In this document: positions 32,489-45,187 of the stretch, in pieces
Layout of the letters: every line of letters starts with the position of its first letter
Position numbering within the stretch: position 1 is the stretch's first letter
Assembly (NCBI GenBank): GCA_048013815.1
Contig: CM106585.1
Span: 14,632,001-14,696,000, forward strand
DNA length: 64,000 nt
DNA from: Setoptus koraiensis
Taxonomy: Eukaryota; Animalia; Arthropoda
Reading direction: 5' to 3'
Notes under the pieces: generated by a model
The model's input: the letters and a program-made list of their open reading frames with translations, nothing else
Databases searched by the model: none
What the model was told of the DNA's origin: nothing
Translations under genes and position numbers: made by a program

Positions 32489-35400
32489 ATTGCACAAAAG
32501 TAACTGTAATCGTTGCATAGTTGAGATTGAGATATGGGATCTTTTCTCGCTATAGTATTTCCTCACCATACTGTTGTACAACACAACACATGAAATTCTC
32601 TACAATAAACTACGGCATGACATCTACACACACACGCACACACACACACACACGCACCTACACCCGAATACCCAAACAAACACTTGAATCTTTTACCAAC
32701 TTATTGAGAAATGACAGACGGATAGTGTACAAGTCATTTCTTAACAAAAGGCCTCAGAACATCAATATCAACTTTTAGGACCATTTATGTTCAAGATGTT
32801 TCAGGATTGAGATCACAATATTATCACAAGTAGTATAATTGAATTCATGATAGTTGTCATCTTATCAGCTACCCGTGTGGCTTTTCGTCATGCATATTTT
32901 TCAAACAAAAAAAAAGAACAGCCAACCTCATGCAGGTTCTTGGAATCTACGTGAAAAGCAACAATTAATCTAAGATCTATTGTATATTTTATACTTCACA
33001 ATTTGTACATGACCGGTAAACAAACAAAAAATCTCTCTCGAAGCATTGTATCATGAGAGAAAAACATTTGTAGGATGCGATCGGCTTTGTTAGATTTACA
33101 GCATTATCTCAGAACGCACACTACCAGTATAAAGGATCTATAACGATTATTGTTTACATTTATTACCACCATATAAACCCGTTGATATAAACATTTACAT
33201 TTACTACTTTTGAGGTCGCAGTGAAGGCGAATGTGATGATTCGATGCACTAGTTGTGTCATTATCTGATTTAGAGTAGAAATCCAATTAAATCCAATCGT
33301 GATCTATGATTTTTTGTTGCAACAGTTGCCCTTAATTTTGTTGAGCGCTGGTTTGATCAGCACTTCGATACTACAACTAGCGGATAATGTCATGAGATAG
33401 GGCTTGTCACGCTAATCGGTGCACCCCTATAACATTGGTGCACGTGACCTCGAATGATTATCTACTGATAAGTATCAGAACACTATCGATGGTGATAATT
33501 TTAAAATTATATAACTTTACAAAGCGATCTGAGAAATATAGAGGTGCTTTCATCTTCACTAATGCGTAATAATAAACGTAGACAACAAACGATCTTACGT
33601 GTGTTTTTTCGATCACATTGGTCATGGATTAGAATCATCATCACCACATGAATCATAATTTCATGATCAATCCCTTAACCATATTATCTGTACGCACATT
33701 AGACAAGAGGTGGATCTCAATAATCAGGCAATTCATCCAGGTGCCAGGGGACAATCTGATTGAATTTTAACATCATCGAAAAGAACGGACACACATCCTC
33801 AGCCTAATGATATATTTTTTAAAAGTAACAAGTGCGATAGTAACCATCTATGGTTTACTATCGCACCTGAACAATTCTCTTTCATTCGCAATGATAGATT
33901 CCTTCATGGGTCAGATCCATGACTTAGTTCGCGAGTCTTTTGTGGAGATGTTCTTGACCTCGCTGTTTGCCACTATATCTTGGATGCTATTTAATATGTT
34001 ACAAGGCCACGATAGCACCAACTTTCTGTGTCATCAGCAACACCATCACCGATGTACAGCCACATATAAGGCAAGATCGGTTTGACTTTGTCAACCAAAA
34101 AGTAACTGAGCTCTAACACAATTCCTCGACAATTCTCACCATCATGATTCATGAGTATTGTTTCAATTTTTTTTAAATCTGGCCCAGTCAACCCTTCTAT
34201 AGTTTTGGGGTTAAGCACTTTCGAGAGATACACTGTTCAGATATGAAAATATTTCTTTTATTCAACAACAACCACACCATTTGTTCACCCTTTCATTAGT
34301 TGGCAATGACATTATTTATTCACCGATGAATTTCATTAAAAAAATACCTTGGTGATAATCTCGCCAGCGAATCTTATTTGTTCCGGTGCTCTAGATGATG
34401 TTTGGCAGTAGTTAAAGTTCGCTCGATTGCGCAATGATTTATGCCGCGATTAAGGGTCGTTTGTTTGTTTATCAACAAATTAGAAGCTCTGTTGGCTGTT
34501 GCATGGTGAATTGTCTAAAATTGTCTTTCGTGGCCCATCTCATCATAATTGATGTTGTATACAATTACGAAATACATCAGTTATACTGTGCTGTATCGAT
34601 GATAAGAAAGTAGACCTTGTTTTGCGATGTGTCGCTGATAATGGTGCTGTTGTTTCATTCACTAATAATAATAATTATATTATGAATGAATAGTGAATAG
34701 TGGAAAAACAATTGCACACAGGTGCAAATGCATATACATAGTTGCAATACACAACGTACTATTATTGGTTGTTTATAATTAAATTTGACTTGGATTTGTT
34801 ATTTGTCTGAATTAACGCTCGAGTAGATGCCATGCCCTTGTATTGGGCCTGTTTTAATTCAAGTTGTTCTCTTGGTTATTATTATGATCTGATAAATATA
34901 GTTCCAGCATTATGCATTCGCTTGTCTGTCATGTACAAATGTTACACAACATTTCTGAACCTCTAGCTAGCTGACAAGCTAACTAGCTGCAGCTTTCTTG
35001 TCATAGGTGAACTCAGCAAAGCGAATAGGAATATTATTATTTTTTTATATTCTCTGTATATTGTTCTATGAGCAAGTTGTTGTGAAGATTGAAGAACTCG
35101 TAGGAGTCAATCCTATCTACTCGGAAAACTTGTTTTATGTTGCGCTCTTGTGGCACCAACTACCATTGAGTAAATTGAAAGAGAATTTTCTATTTGGTCA
35201 CCATTCAGTAGCAGCTAATAAACACTAAATACTTTCAATTGCGGTGACTAGTCGCGAAGAATCGCAACTCATTAGGTAAGCCTTCTCTTTTTGTTCAATT
35301 CTAACGTCACAGCAGTCCATTAGGAATGTTAGTTGTGTTGTTGTTGTGGCGCTACTAGTCTAGGTTTGGCGCCGCCAATGATGACACCAACACATTAGAG

Positions 35401-36167
35401 TTTATCGGTAATCGGTCGAACAGAAGTCGAACGAAGAAGAAGAATAAAATTGCAGAATATTAAACTTTGGCTATGATTGAAACATCTACCGCTGCAGCCC
35501 GAGATCGAATGAACTGCGTAAGTGAGTGTGTGTGTGTGTGTGTTCGTCGGAACGAAGTTCTTGTAGTTCCGAGAATTCGGCAATTAGATAGGCATCCATC
35601 GGATAGATTTAACAAGTCGAGAGCCTAAACTCATTCTCGGATTGTGACCAACTACAAATTATACATCAAGTATCAAGTAGCAGTTTTAGTGAAGCTTTAG
35701 TTGGGCTTACATGTATGTAGAGGGATTGTTTAAGTCAAAGAGCGAGAAAGAAGAAAAAGAAAAAAACCATTTCGAATAATATTGTGCTGAGAACAGGTTG
35801 AATAAAAGTGGTAGCTACAGGTCAAACTTATACAGTTCAAAGGAAAATACTGTAGTTTGACTCAGTCAGTCACTAAGTTCAAGCTGAGTCATCGTCTTCT
35901 AAAAAAAGAAAGAAAAAAAGATACAAGCCGAAAAAGAATTCAAGAGAAAAAGAAACGAAAGAGAAAAAAGAACACCGCTTGCAACCACCATACATAGTAC
36001 CACAGTACAGCACAGTATGCTGACCACACACCACAACGATTTTCAGGTATAGTTTTTTTCCTCGGATACCCGAAAAGTATCAGCGCTCACTACAGGACCT
36101 GTTAACAGCAAAGAAAACTATTTAATGCCAATCAACAATCAGTCAACAATTAGTCAGTAGTGTATCA

Positions 36168-39100
36168 ATGCTGTCGATGAAGTCCACCAACATGTGGCGA
36201 TCACAGTATCTGCCATATTGCTTTATTGTAGCACTATTTTTCATAATATCATCTCATAGAAGCAGCGAAATTTCTCCAGTATTCATCAGTGCCAATCCTA
36301 CTACCACCGCAGATAGTCTAAAACTCAAGCTTAACTGCACGGTAAGTGCTGATACGAGCGGCTTGTGTCAGGCCGATTGTTTGATTGATTTATCCAGTTA
36401 GTTACATCAAATGTAATTAATTAGCACAGCGGTGTGTGCAATGAACAAATGGGTCTAATAATCGTTTTGTCTGTGTCCATCTACCCCGCGTTTGTTATTT
36501 GCATGATGCAAACATAACAACTCACATCATTGAATCAGCCGGGTGAAAAGAGACTGTTCAAATATGATAGCTTTACTAAATTTTGGGGCAACTCGTCGCA
36601 AACTGTCAATCTAAACGCCGACATCAACGTCTACTGCATGGAGGTCAATGGAAACAGGTCAACACTAAAATATTTTGTTGAAATAGTCAATTTAGTGCCA
36701 AATATATTGAATAAATCCAACGATGTAGGTTCAGCAACTAGTGTGTCAAGATTGACACCAACAGCGACAGCGCTAACAGGTAGAATTGGCGAGCAGTCAA
36801 GTGCCAAATATCGACACTCATTCTCATCTGTGGACCGGATGTATCTAGACGGCGACAACGAAGCCGACGGTGAAGACAATGGAAAAGTTGAGCCAATTTT
36901 AGAGGAAATTGGCGAAATCTCTACGCGCATGCGACGAAGTGTGTCCGGTTGGTTCTCGAACACGTGGGTGACTGTGAAAGATTTCTTCGGAAAGATATTC
37001 AATTCAATTGAGGTGTCACCGGGGGAGAGCGTAACGTCAAAGGGGCACTCAGATGCAGATTTCGGCGCAAGCATATTGGGCCAGTGTAAGTCTGGCTCGT
37101 CTAGTCACGGGCAAAAGGGTGATCTACCGTTCGACGAATCCATATTTGACGATGTGGCGCCCGCGTTCAAATTGGGTGCCAACAGAGAATACGGATCGGC
37201 CTCTGAAACTGACAGCGTGCACAGTAGCGAGGACGCCAACAAACAAGATGGGGACAATTCCGAAATGAACAGTGTCAGTTTCTTCGACAGGCCAACAATA
37301 ATACGGCATGGTAGGCACAAACGCGACGCACAAAACAACAAAACAAAACAACTATCGCCGGCGGAATTGTTCAGACTGCCATTTGAGTTCGTACAGACGA
37401 CGGACGGAACAATTGTTGATGTGAGATTCAGCGACAAAGAAACCGATTTGTCCATCAAGAATTTCAAGCGCCACATATGCGACTTGTTTGCAACTCATTT
37501 AGATCGCAGTAAACCGAGCCAAATGGAACTGACGCCCGTCGGCAAGCACGTCACCAAATATTTCTACGACGACGGCGATGGAAAGGTGCTTCAGGCCACA
37601 CTTAATAAGTTGGGCTCTGGCACGGCGAACGACGAGCACGGCGCGACGACAAACGGCGACAACAACAACGATCAGGGCCCCCTATTGACGCGAGTACTGG
37701 CCGTGATTGGTGTGGACAGGAACGGTCAATTGGGGCCCGTTGAGCCTTACAACGATCCGTCGGCCTCTTCGCCGGACAGCAATCAGCAGCACGGCGACGA
37801 GCAGCAATCGACGAAGCAGCCAGCAGTTCGTGTGGCCATCATCAGAGACATAAACTCCACGGACTCGATAAGATTTGGCTCGCAAGCCACGGTGCACGAC
37901 AAGTCACAATTGCGCATAAAAGTGAAACAAATCCAACAGATTAGCGCCAATCAGATGATCTCAACGGCCGGACAATTGTCCATGTCGCTGGTGAAGCTGG
38001 CCAAAAATCGATTCGGCGAGGAGGACTCGCTGATCGCCAACAATCGCTACAGGCGATCTAGCTCGCAGCCCAAATCAGATCGCATCTCGATAGGCATCGG
38101 CTTGGACGACAACGACCTGGATGTGGCCAATTTGTTGCATGTGTCCACCTCGTTTTCCATGAAACTAACCCAGCAGCCCGATCCGGCAGCGAATAGCAGG
38201 CGAAACAGGCGAGACGCGTCAAATGGCAGCTCGAAAGTGCGCTCTGCCGGCAATCAGAGCGGCAATTCTTCGACGACCGAAAGTAATTTGGCCGAAATTA
38301 AAAAATTAGAGCAGCAACTGAAAATGATAAGCACCAGCGTTGTGGCCGAATCCGCTTCGCAAGATGCACAAATGCAGAGGCTCGATATACTGCGAGATCA
38401 GGTGGCTCTCCGCTTGAACGAAGAGGCGGCCCTGGCGACGAAAAAAGGCGACAAGAGCTTCGATTCCGGCTTGTGTCTGACGAAAATCATTCTGGACCAT
38501 GGCCGAACCAGCAAGACGCGCGGCTCGCTTTATTCCACCCTCGAGGAGATAATCGATTTGGAGTATTTGACCAAACAAGAGAACCAGCAGGAGTCAATGT
38601 CGCGCCTGTTGCGCGAAACTATAAAATCCAGCCAACTGCAGAGTTTTTGTCGGAAAAATCTGCAAGATGGTCACCAGGAGCAATCCACAGATAAATCCAA
38701 ATCGCCGTCTGGCGACGCCGACCAGCAGCACGACAGGTCGGCAGAGAGGCATTTGAGCAATTGTAAGAAGATATTGCAATTGCTGCTACGAGCCAACAGT
38801 CGCGAAGCCATAGAGCTGACGCTGAATTTGGTGGACGAATGCAACAAGCAACTGACAACAAATTTGCGCCACGAAGAGTTGGGACACGGGCCCGGCGTGC
38901 GATATTATCGTCGGTGGCGCCAGCAATTCATTGAGCTGCTGAGTGACATAAGTCGGCCAAACGAGTCGTTGTTGGACAAATTGATGATGCGATTGCATTA
39001 TAATTTTGCGCACAAAAACGCAAGCTCTACCCAGAGAACAACGAGAAGAGTATCCAACGGTTTGCCCGCAAGTGTCAACACTAATAACAAGGGTTTCGAG

Positions 39101-41389
39101 TACGCAATGCACAATCCAGCAAAGTCCGGCCCCAAGAAGCACGCTGCCGAAGAGGCCGTGGGCACATTGACCGACGACACTAACAACAACGACAGCGATG
39201 GATCGATAGTGATGACAATCACAAATTTGGCAACAAAGCCCAGTATTTCGCAAGAGAAACGCGTCGATGTTGGCGTAAAACTATTGAATGTGTTGCGTAA
39301 CACAACATGCTCTTTGTACGATGGGCCCGATTTAGACATACTAGAGTCAATGGGCAATCTTCAGACTATTGTGCCAGAGATAGTGCCCAAGATTGTTCAT
39401 TTGGCCAAGAAGTGTCGCAACCAAGATCAGTACACCGTTGCTTGTGTTCACGCGTCCCAAGGTCAGCTACAAAGTGGCCTCATTCAGCGCTGGCTGTTGG
39501 ATCTCATCAAGACGCCAAATGTGACTTGCGCAGTCAAGAGTGAAATTGTGGCCACACTGACAACGGTGTCGTCGATGCAAGAGCTGACCTCATTCGTCAA
39601 CAAGCAAGCCTCAACAAACAAAGAGTCAGCCTCTTGGCCTCATTACGGGCTCAACCAAGTGGACAGTGCTCTGTTAGATCTGGTTGCCGGAAGTAAATCT
39701 TCGCCAGTGGCCAAAAAGTGTCTCAGAAAGCATGTGGAGCAATATTTGAGGAGCAAGCATTCGTCTGTTTCGAAATCGGACGAACTTCTCAGGGGCCTAA
39801 ACTCAATCGATTCGGACAACAATCAGCAGCCAACAAGTGACACAGTCAACCGGAGAGCCAACAGAAATGTGCCATCGACGAATAGTAACAACATCAACAG
39901 AAATGTTTGGTCCAGATCTCAGCTTTTGGGGGCCCCATTCTCAAGTGTTACGGCAAACATCGACGATGGTGGCGGTGTCAGCAATGAGCACAAACGATAC
40001 AAGCGATACGTGACAAAAGACTTTTGGGATGAGGCCGTTTGCAAGCGCTGGTCCTACAATTTGGCGGAAAACAATTCTGCGCCCAATCAGTTGGCCGCCG
40101 CCGAAGAGGATGGCTGGTCGACTAGCAACGACGAAGACAACTCTATTTATACAATGTTGTCCACACCAACCAACAGAACGTCGTCGGCTGCCAGACGAAA
40201 GAACGGCCTGCTGTTGGAACGCGAAGACCCACCAGAATCATCCCCGCAGTCGAGCTCAAACAATGTCAGTAGGCGCCATAAGTGCACGGGCACAAGAACG
40301 TACGGGCCCCGAAACGCAGAGGCCACCATAAAAGCGGGTAAGTGCGCTTTCCGAAATCGCGAATAGAAAATCCAGACATCGTCCTCACCTAGTGTGGCGG
40401 CCTTTATTCGAGATTCTCGAATCGAGAATAAAGTCCGTCTTTGGGCCCGTTCGGGCTCGAATTGGCTTTTATTGATCATAATGGGAGCCACGGGTGCAAA
40501 CCATTTAGGCCGCCACACTATCCTCACTTGCGTCGCTCATTTTTTTCTCGCACGTTTTTGCAAAATTAAAAATTCTCCAAATTAATCAAATTATATTATT
40601 CCATTCTCAAACACATTGATTGTTGGGCCAGAAATCGTCAATGATATCGTGGGCCCCAAAGACGACAACAAATTTCTAGCCCGATTTACTGTGGGCGCCA
40701 ATTTTTTGGGATCTAAGGTCGACATTGGACGCATGTACTTATGGCACCAGCGACAAACCACCCGAGCCTATGTGAATATGTTTGGCAAGACCCTATGGGA
40801 TACTAGTCACAGTTGTCACGACAAGACACCCAGGCACCTGTTATATATGCCCTTGTTTGATTTCAACATTTGGGTTGTCAAAATAAACGTTGGCATTAGG
40901 CTGCACAGTGAGATGGGCTTCTATTCGAGCTGTCGTCAATTGGAACAATCGACTAAACAAAATTCATTGCAAAATGATAATGTTGACAAAAACTCTAGTG
41001 ACGACAATAGTCTGGCTGGATCCCGTGATGAGCTTCATTTGTTTCCTACTATAGGTATTAGAGCAAGCGGGGAGGCATCGGCGAAGTTTGTCGTGGCTAG
41101 AGCAGGCATGAGTATTGGTAGTCATTATAGTTATTTAGGCCAAATAAGAATATCACGCAAGCCAGAGTCTTGTATGTCAATATCTAGCGGTCATGAGCCA
41201 ATGAATGTCACATTTAGTAGCTGGTATCAACTATGGAACAATGATTGCCAATATTGGGGCTCCCGAACAAAAGGGGAACCGCATGCCGTGAAGTGGTCAA
41301 TAAATAAGCGCCGTAGTACCACATGGGTGAGCAATGAGTGCTTGGGTTCGGCATCGAATCGTTCAGTAACGACAAAAATAGAGCCTTAA
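36168..41389 (+). CDS. Large secreted protein with a large-lipid-transfer (vitellogenin/MTP/apolipophorin-like) N-terminal module, about 1576 aa
   Basis: Exons 36168-36341 (hydrophobic leader, donor GTAAGT), 36539-40337 (donor GTAAGT) and 40632-41389 join in frame (4731 nt). LPFEFVQTTDGTIVDVRF...NFKRHICDLF and E.TPVGKHVTKY resemble LLT beta-barrel motifs. The gene model is firmer than the family call. Confidence 0.6.
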
Positions 41390-42260
41390 CATGCACATAA
41401 GTTTAAGTTAAATTAACAATTGACTCATCCGAAATCTATTTATTGAATAAAATAAAAAATCTCTACTAAATCTTTCTCAGTCAAGCTCAATATTGTTATC
41501 ATTTTCCAAGATTGCGACTCTTCAGATCTCCAAGCCTTGCATACCAGTATATATACGTATATATATATACAAATATATATTAATAGTAGATAGAGGCAGA
41601 AAGTTCCGCTAGGTTATGTCGTGCGAATTCGTGACTTCAATCTTGACATCGGCGTAGCTATCAGACGTGTAGGGCCAAGGATTTAATTTTCTAATTTATA
41701 GCCTACACATAATTCAGAGTCGCTTGAATTACTTTGAAAGCTCTTGCTTAAGCTCGATTGAGCTCAATCTGGCGCAACTTAAGCGCTTGATGCTGTTCAT
41801 AAGATAAGAAACCGTTCTTTTTTTTTCTTCGAAAACTGAATTAGACGAACGAATTCCGACAAAATTGAGTGTCACGAACTGGGTTTGGAAGTTTGAAACA
41901 ATGCAGCGGTGAGCACTCTTATCGTGCTAGTAATCGATATGTTAGAAAAATATCTATAGCTGCTATAAGGCGAAAGCACCAAGAAGATCCTGTCCAGTTC
42001 AAATTCATTACAAGACTCGCCGAGTCGAATGTTGAGAATAACAATTATTTGCAGATGCACATTTTAGGGCAATAGTTGCTTTATGGAGATTAAATTCGAT
42101 TGATATCCAGCTATACTGACTAGAACAGCCTCAATCTGTTCTGTACAAATTCCAATTTTTTAGTGTTTTATTGGAACTTGGAAAAAACTCGAGACTATCG
42201 CACAGATCTTTGACCAATAGCAATTTTGTTGATTAGCTTTGGCTAACTGATAACACTTAA

Positions 42261-44347
42261 ATGGTTCTCGACATGGACCCATCAAAACAAACTCCGAATC
42301 AATTTCAGCCGACACAAGAACGGCAAGCGAACAACAGTGACAAGAAAAATGAAAATGATCGAAGCAGATCGAAAAAATTTAGTATTTTTGAACTGGGTCA
42401 TTTCCTGGTTGAGTACTTCAATTTCTCTTTTGTTCCTCTTTATTATGACCCCAAATATTATAGACAACAACGAATGTTCTATGTCCTTTACAGGGAAAGC
42501 AAATTGAAATTTATTTTATGCTGCCTACAAGTTCTCTATTTGTTTATTTGGCTCATGCGAAGTGCCTACAATGGATTTAGTTTGAGCAAATATTTAGACC
42601 ATCATTTCATCGACCCTCTATCCACTGCCGAAAATACAGAGTGCTGTGCAATCATGTCACCCACGCAAGCGAATACATCTTTCCGGTCACTTATCAGCTC
42701 CTCATTAACCTACGATCTATGGGTCGACGCCAATAACTATCGTAGACGCTTGAATATAATAACGTTTACATTTACATTGAATCCGTTTGTTCAGAAACTG
42801 TATAGCTTGTTGAGACATCAAAGGCCGAAAATTTGCAAACCGGAAGCAATAAGAGATTCAGACGTCTGTGAGGGATCTGATATACAACGATATCTGAGCA
42901 AGTTAAAGCTTTCAGCTAAAGAACATATTCTCTATTGTTACGGAAATCGGCCCGCGCCAGAATATCTCAAAAAGAAGTTTGCAATATTTGAAAAAATGAC
43001 CAAAAAGGATATTTTAGAGTTCGATCTAATGAAGTTGCACCCTGTGAAAAGATTGTGGTGCAGACCTATCGTTTATATCAATTTGACTAGAGCCGCCACG
43101 ATATGTATGACATTACTTGGTTTCATCGTTTTCTTTTGTTCGAATGCACCATTTTTATTGTTACAACACCCCAATAACAGATTTTCTAGCGGGCCGGTGT
43201 ATGCTGAATGGCTGGAACGTATTCAATTGTTTATATTAGCATTTCTGAACTTGACTCCTTATATTGATTCTTTTGAACTGGTGATTGGCTCCTGTATACT
43301 AACGGATAGATTATTCATTTACAATGCGCAGTTGTTGCATTTTATCGCAGAATTGCGTTTCAAATCCACGAGTCAAACGGAAAACAGCACCACCACAATT
43401 AAAGATCAATCACCATTAGTTGACAAACATCTTACAATCGAGACGAAAGAATCGAAAAAAAATTATCTAACTCTATCTACAGAAAAACCTTATAATGTGG
43501 CAACTAGTAATGATATAATTATGCCCGAACATGGAACATTGGCACTACCTAATTCACCACAAACACAAGTGCAACATCATCAATCATTTGATGCGCAATG
43601 TGAACGCTTAATTAAGATTTTGCTTCAACTATTGTTCGAATTGAAACTGATGAAAATAGATTTCACAAGCAGGACTGATCTGGACATTCTCATATCTCTG
43701 TTGTCGTACACTTGGGTGCTGAGCATGTCACTGGTATCATATCAATGCGACACATGTGAGCAAGACTATATGGCAAACAAATGGCCTATTATGTTCATTA
43801 CTCTCATTGGAAATGGCTATTTGGTAAATGTCATCATACAAGTATTCTTTTTGGCTCGCATATCTCAAAAAGTAGGTTATCTCCTAATTATTCGATCATA
43901 ATATGATAGTTCCATCAAACTCCTCATCTAATCTGAAATCATGCGTCCATTCGTCTATATAATTGTTCCAATTAGTTCAAAATCATCAATCGAAATCTGT
44001 TGCTACTATCAGTGGAGCAAAATAAGTTGAACCGAAAAAGTCGTCGCTGGCTCATTGAAATATCCAGACACCTACAGTCAGGATCGGAAACGTTGTTTGT
44101 TTTATTCCGTTCAGTGTCGGTGAACAATGATAATTTCCTCAAAGTTAGTGAACCATCTCTGTTTTTTGTGCTTATATGACAACTTTTTTCCGTCAGATAT
44201 TCAGGAATATATATCTCTAACCCACTGGCAATAATAATCTCGAATGCCTTGTTTCTTTCTAAAATCTCCCATTTGCAGCTTATTGTGTGGATAACTACGG
44301 CGGTTTACACATTCTTACAGTTCTCGATCGCAGTGGACGTGAACTGA
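42261..44347 (+). CDS. Divergent gustatory-receptor-like 7-TM protein 1 (615 aa)
   Basis: Exons 42261-43871, 43976-44143 and 44279-44347, with two phase-0 GT-AG introns. Ends LIVWITTAVYTFLQF, which aligns with the GR TM7 motif TYxxxxxQF. Seven hydrophobic segments by eye. Confidence 0.75.
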
Positions 44348-45187
44348 GGAGAACTAATTCGTTCAATCAACCGAGATGGATCCTACTAGTCACCATCATC
44401 ACACGTCACACCGTTTATTGATTCGGATTCTAGCCGTTCATCGCGTCGAACAAAGTTCAAGCCCACAACAACAAATCAGTTTTTATCAGTATCGTCAACT
44501 ATGCATTCGAAATGTTTTCAATATTCTATTAGTCCTATTAGTTCAATTGAAATTCGATTCATCATCAGTATTAATGAGATTTTGAGTGAGAGTGTTCGCT
44601 TGCAGAAAAAAAAGCGTAGGCGCTTCCGTTATGACAATGCTGATCACATGTAGATTGATTATACTTATTTTAATAAGGGCATGTGTTGCATTGAGGTATA
44701 AGTGTAATGAAGTGATTGTGGCTTCAAGACGAAAAACATACGCAGTAACAATAAGGTTCGAGAACGGTTCTCGACGAATCTGGCCTACGACGACACCACC
44801 AACAGCATGCAACATTTTTGTTCCACTGGCGTGATCAAGCGGCAATAAATAACTGTAATCTTCGACCAAATATGCCTTCATAACGAGACAGCGATTGCCA
44901 GAAATTAGAAATTAGTTTCGTGTCAGATTACATGAATAAATGTCTGCGTGCTCATGAACCTATAGAAAGGCACCTAGCGAGCAGATTTTTGTCATATCTC
45001 ATCTAACTCTATGCTACAACAACTGCTGACTTTCTTTTCTCATTGATTTTTCAAATCGTTTATCGTATCATCGGGATTTTTAGTGACTATAAAGGCCAGC
45101 GAAAATGAATTCGATTTTGTTCAATCTTGCCAGCTTGTATCACTGCTTGCGATCGCTCACACGAGCGAGGACCTTCACAATAATTGA

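Noticed and set aside
33700-34240. 80-92 aa ORFs as a helicase or TE fragment
   Set aside because: Only a vague resemblance; frames are interrupted and no diagnostic motif is present.
44543-44881. 112-aa minus-strand ORF between receptor 1 and the MULE
   Set aside because: No similarity to the receptor family or any motif I recognise.
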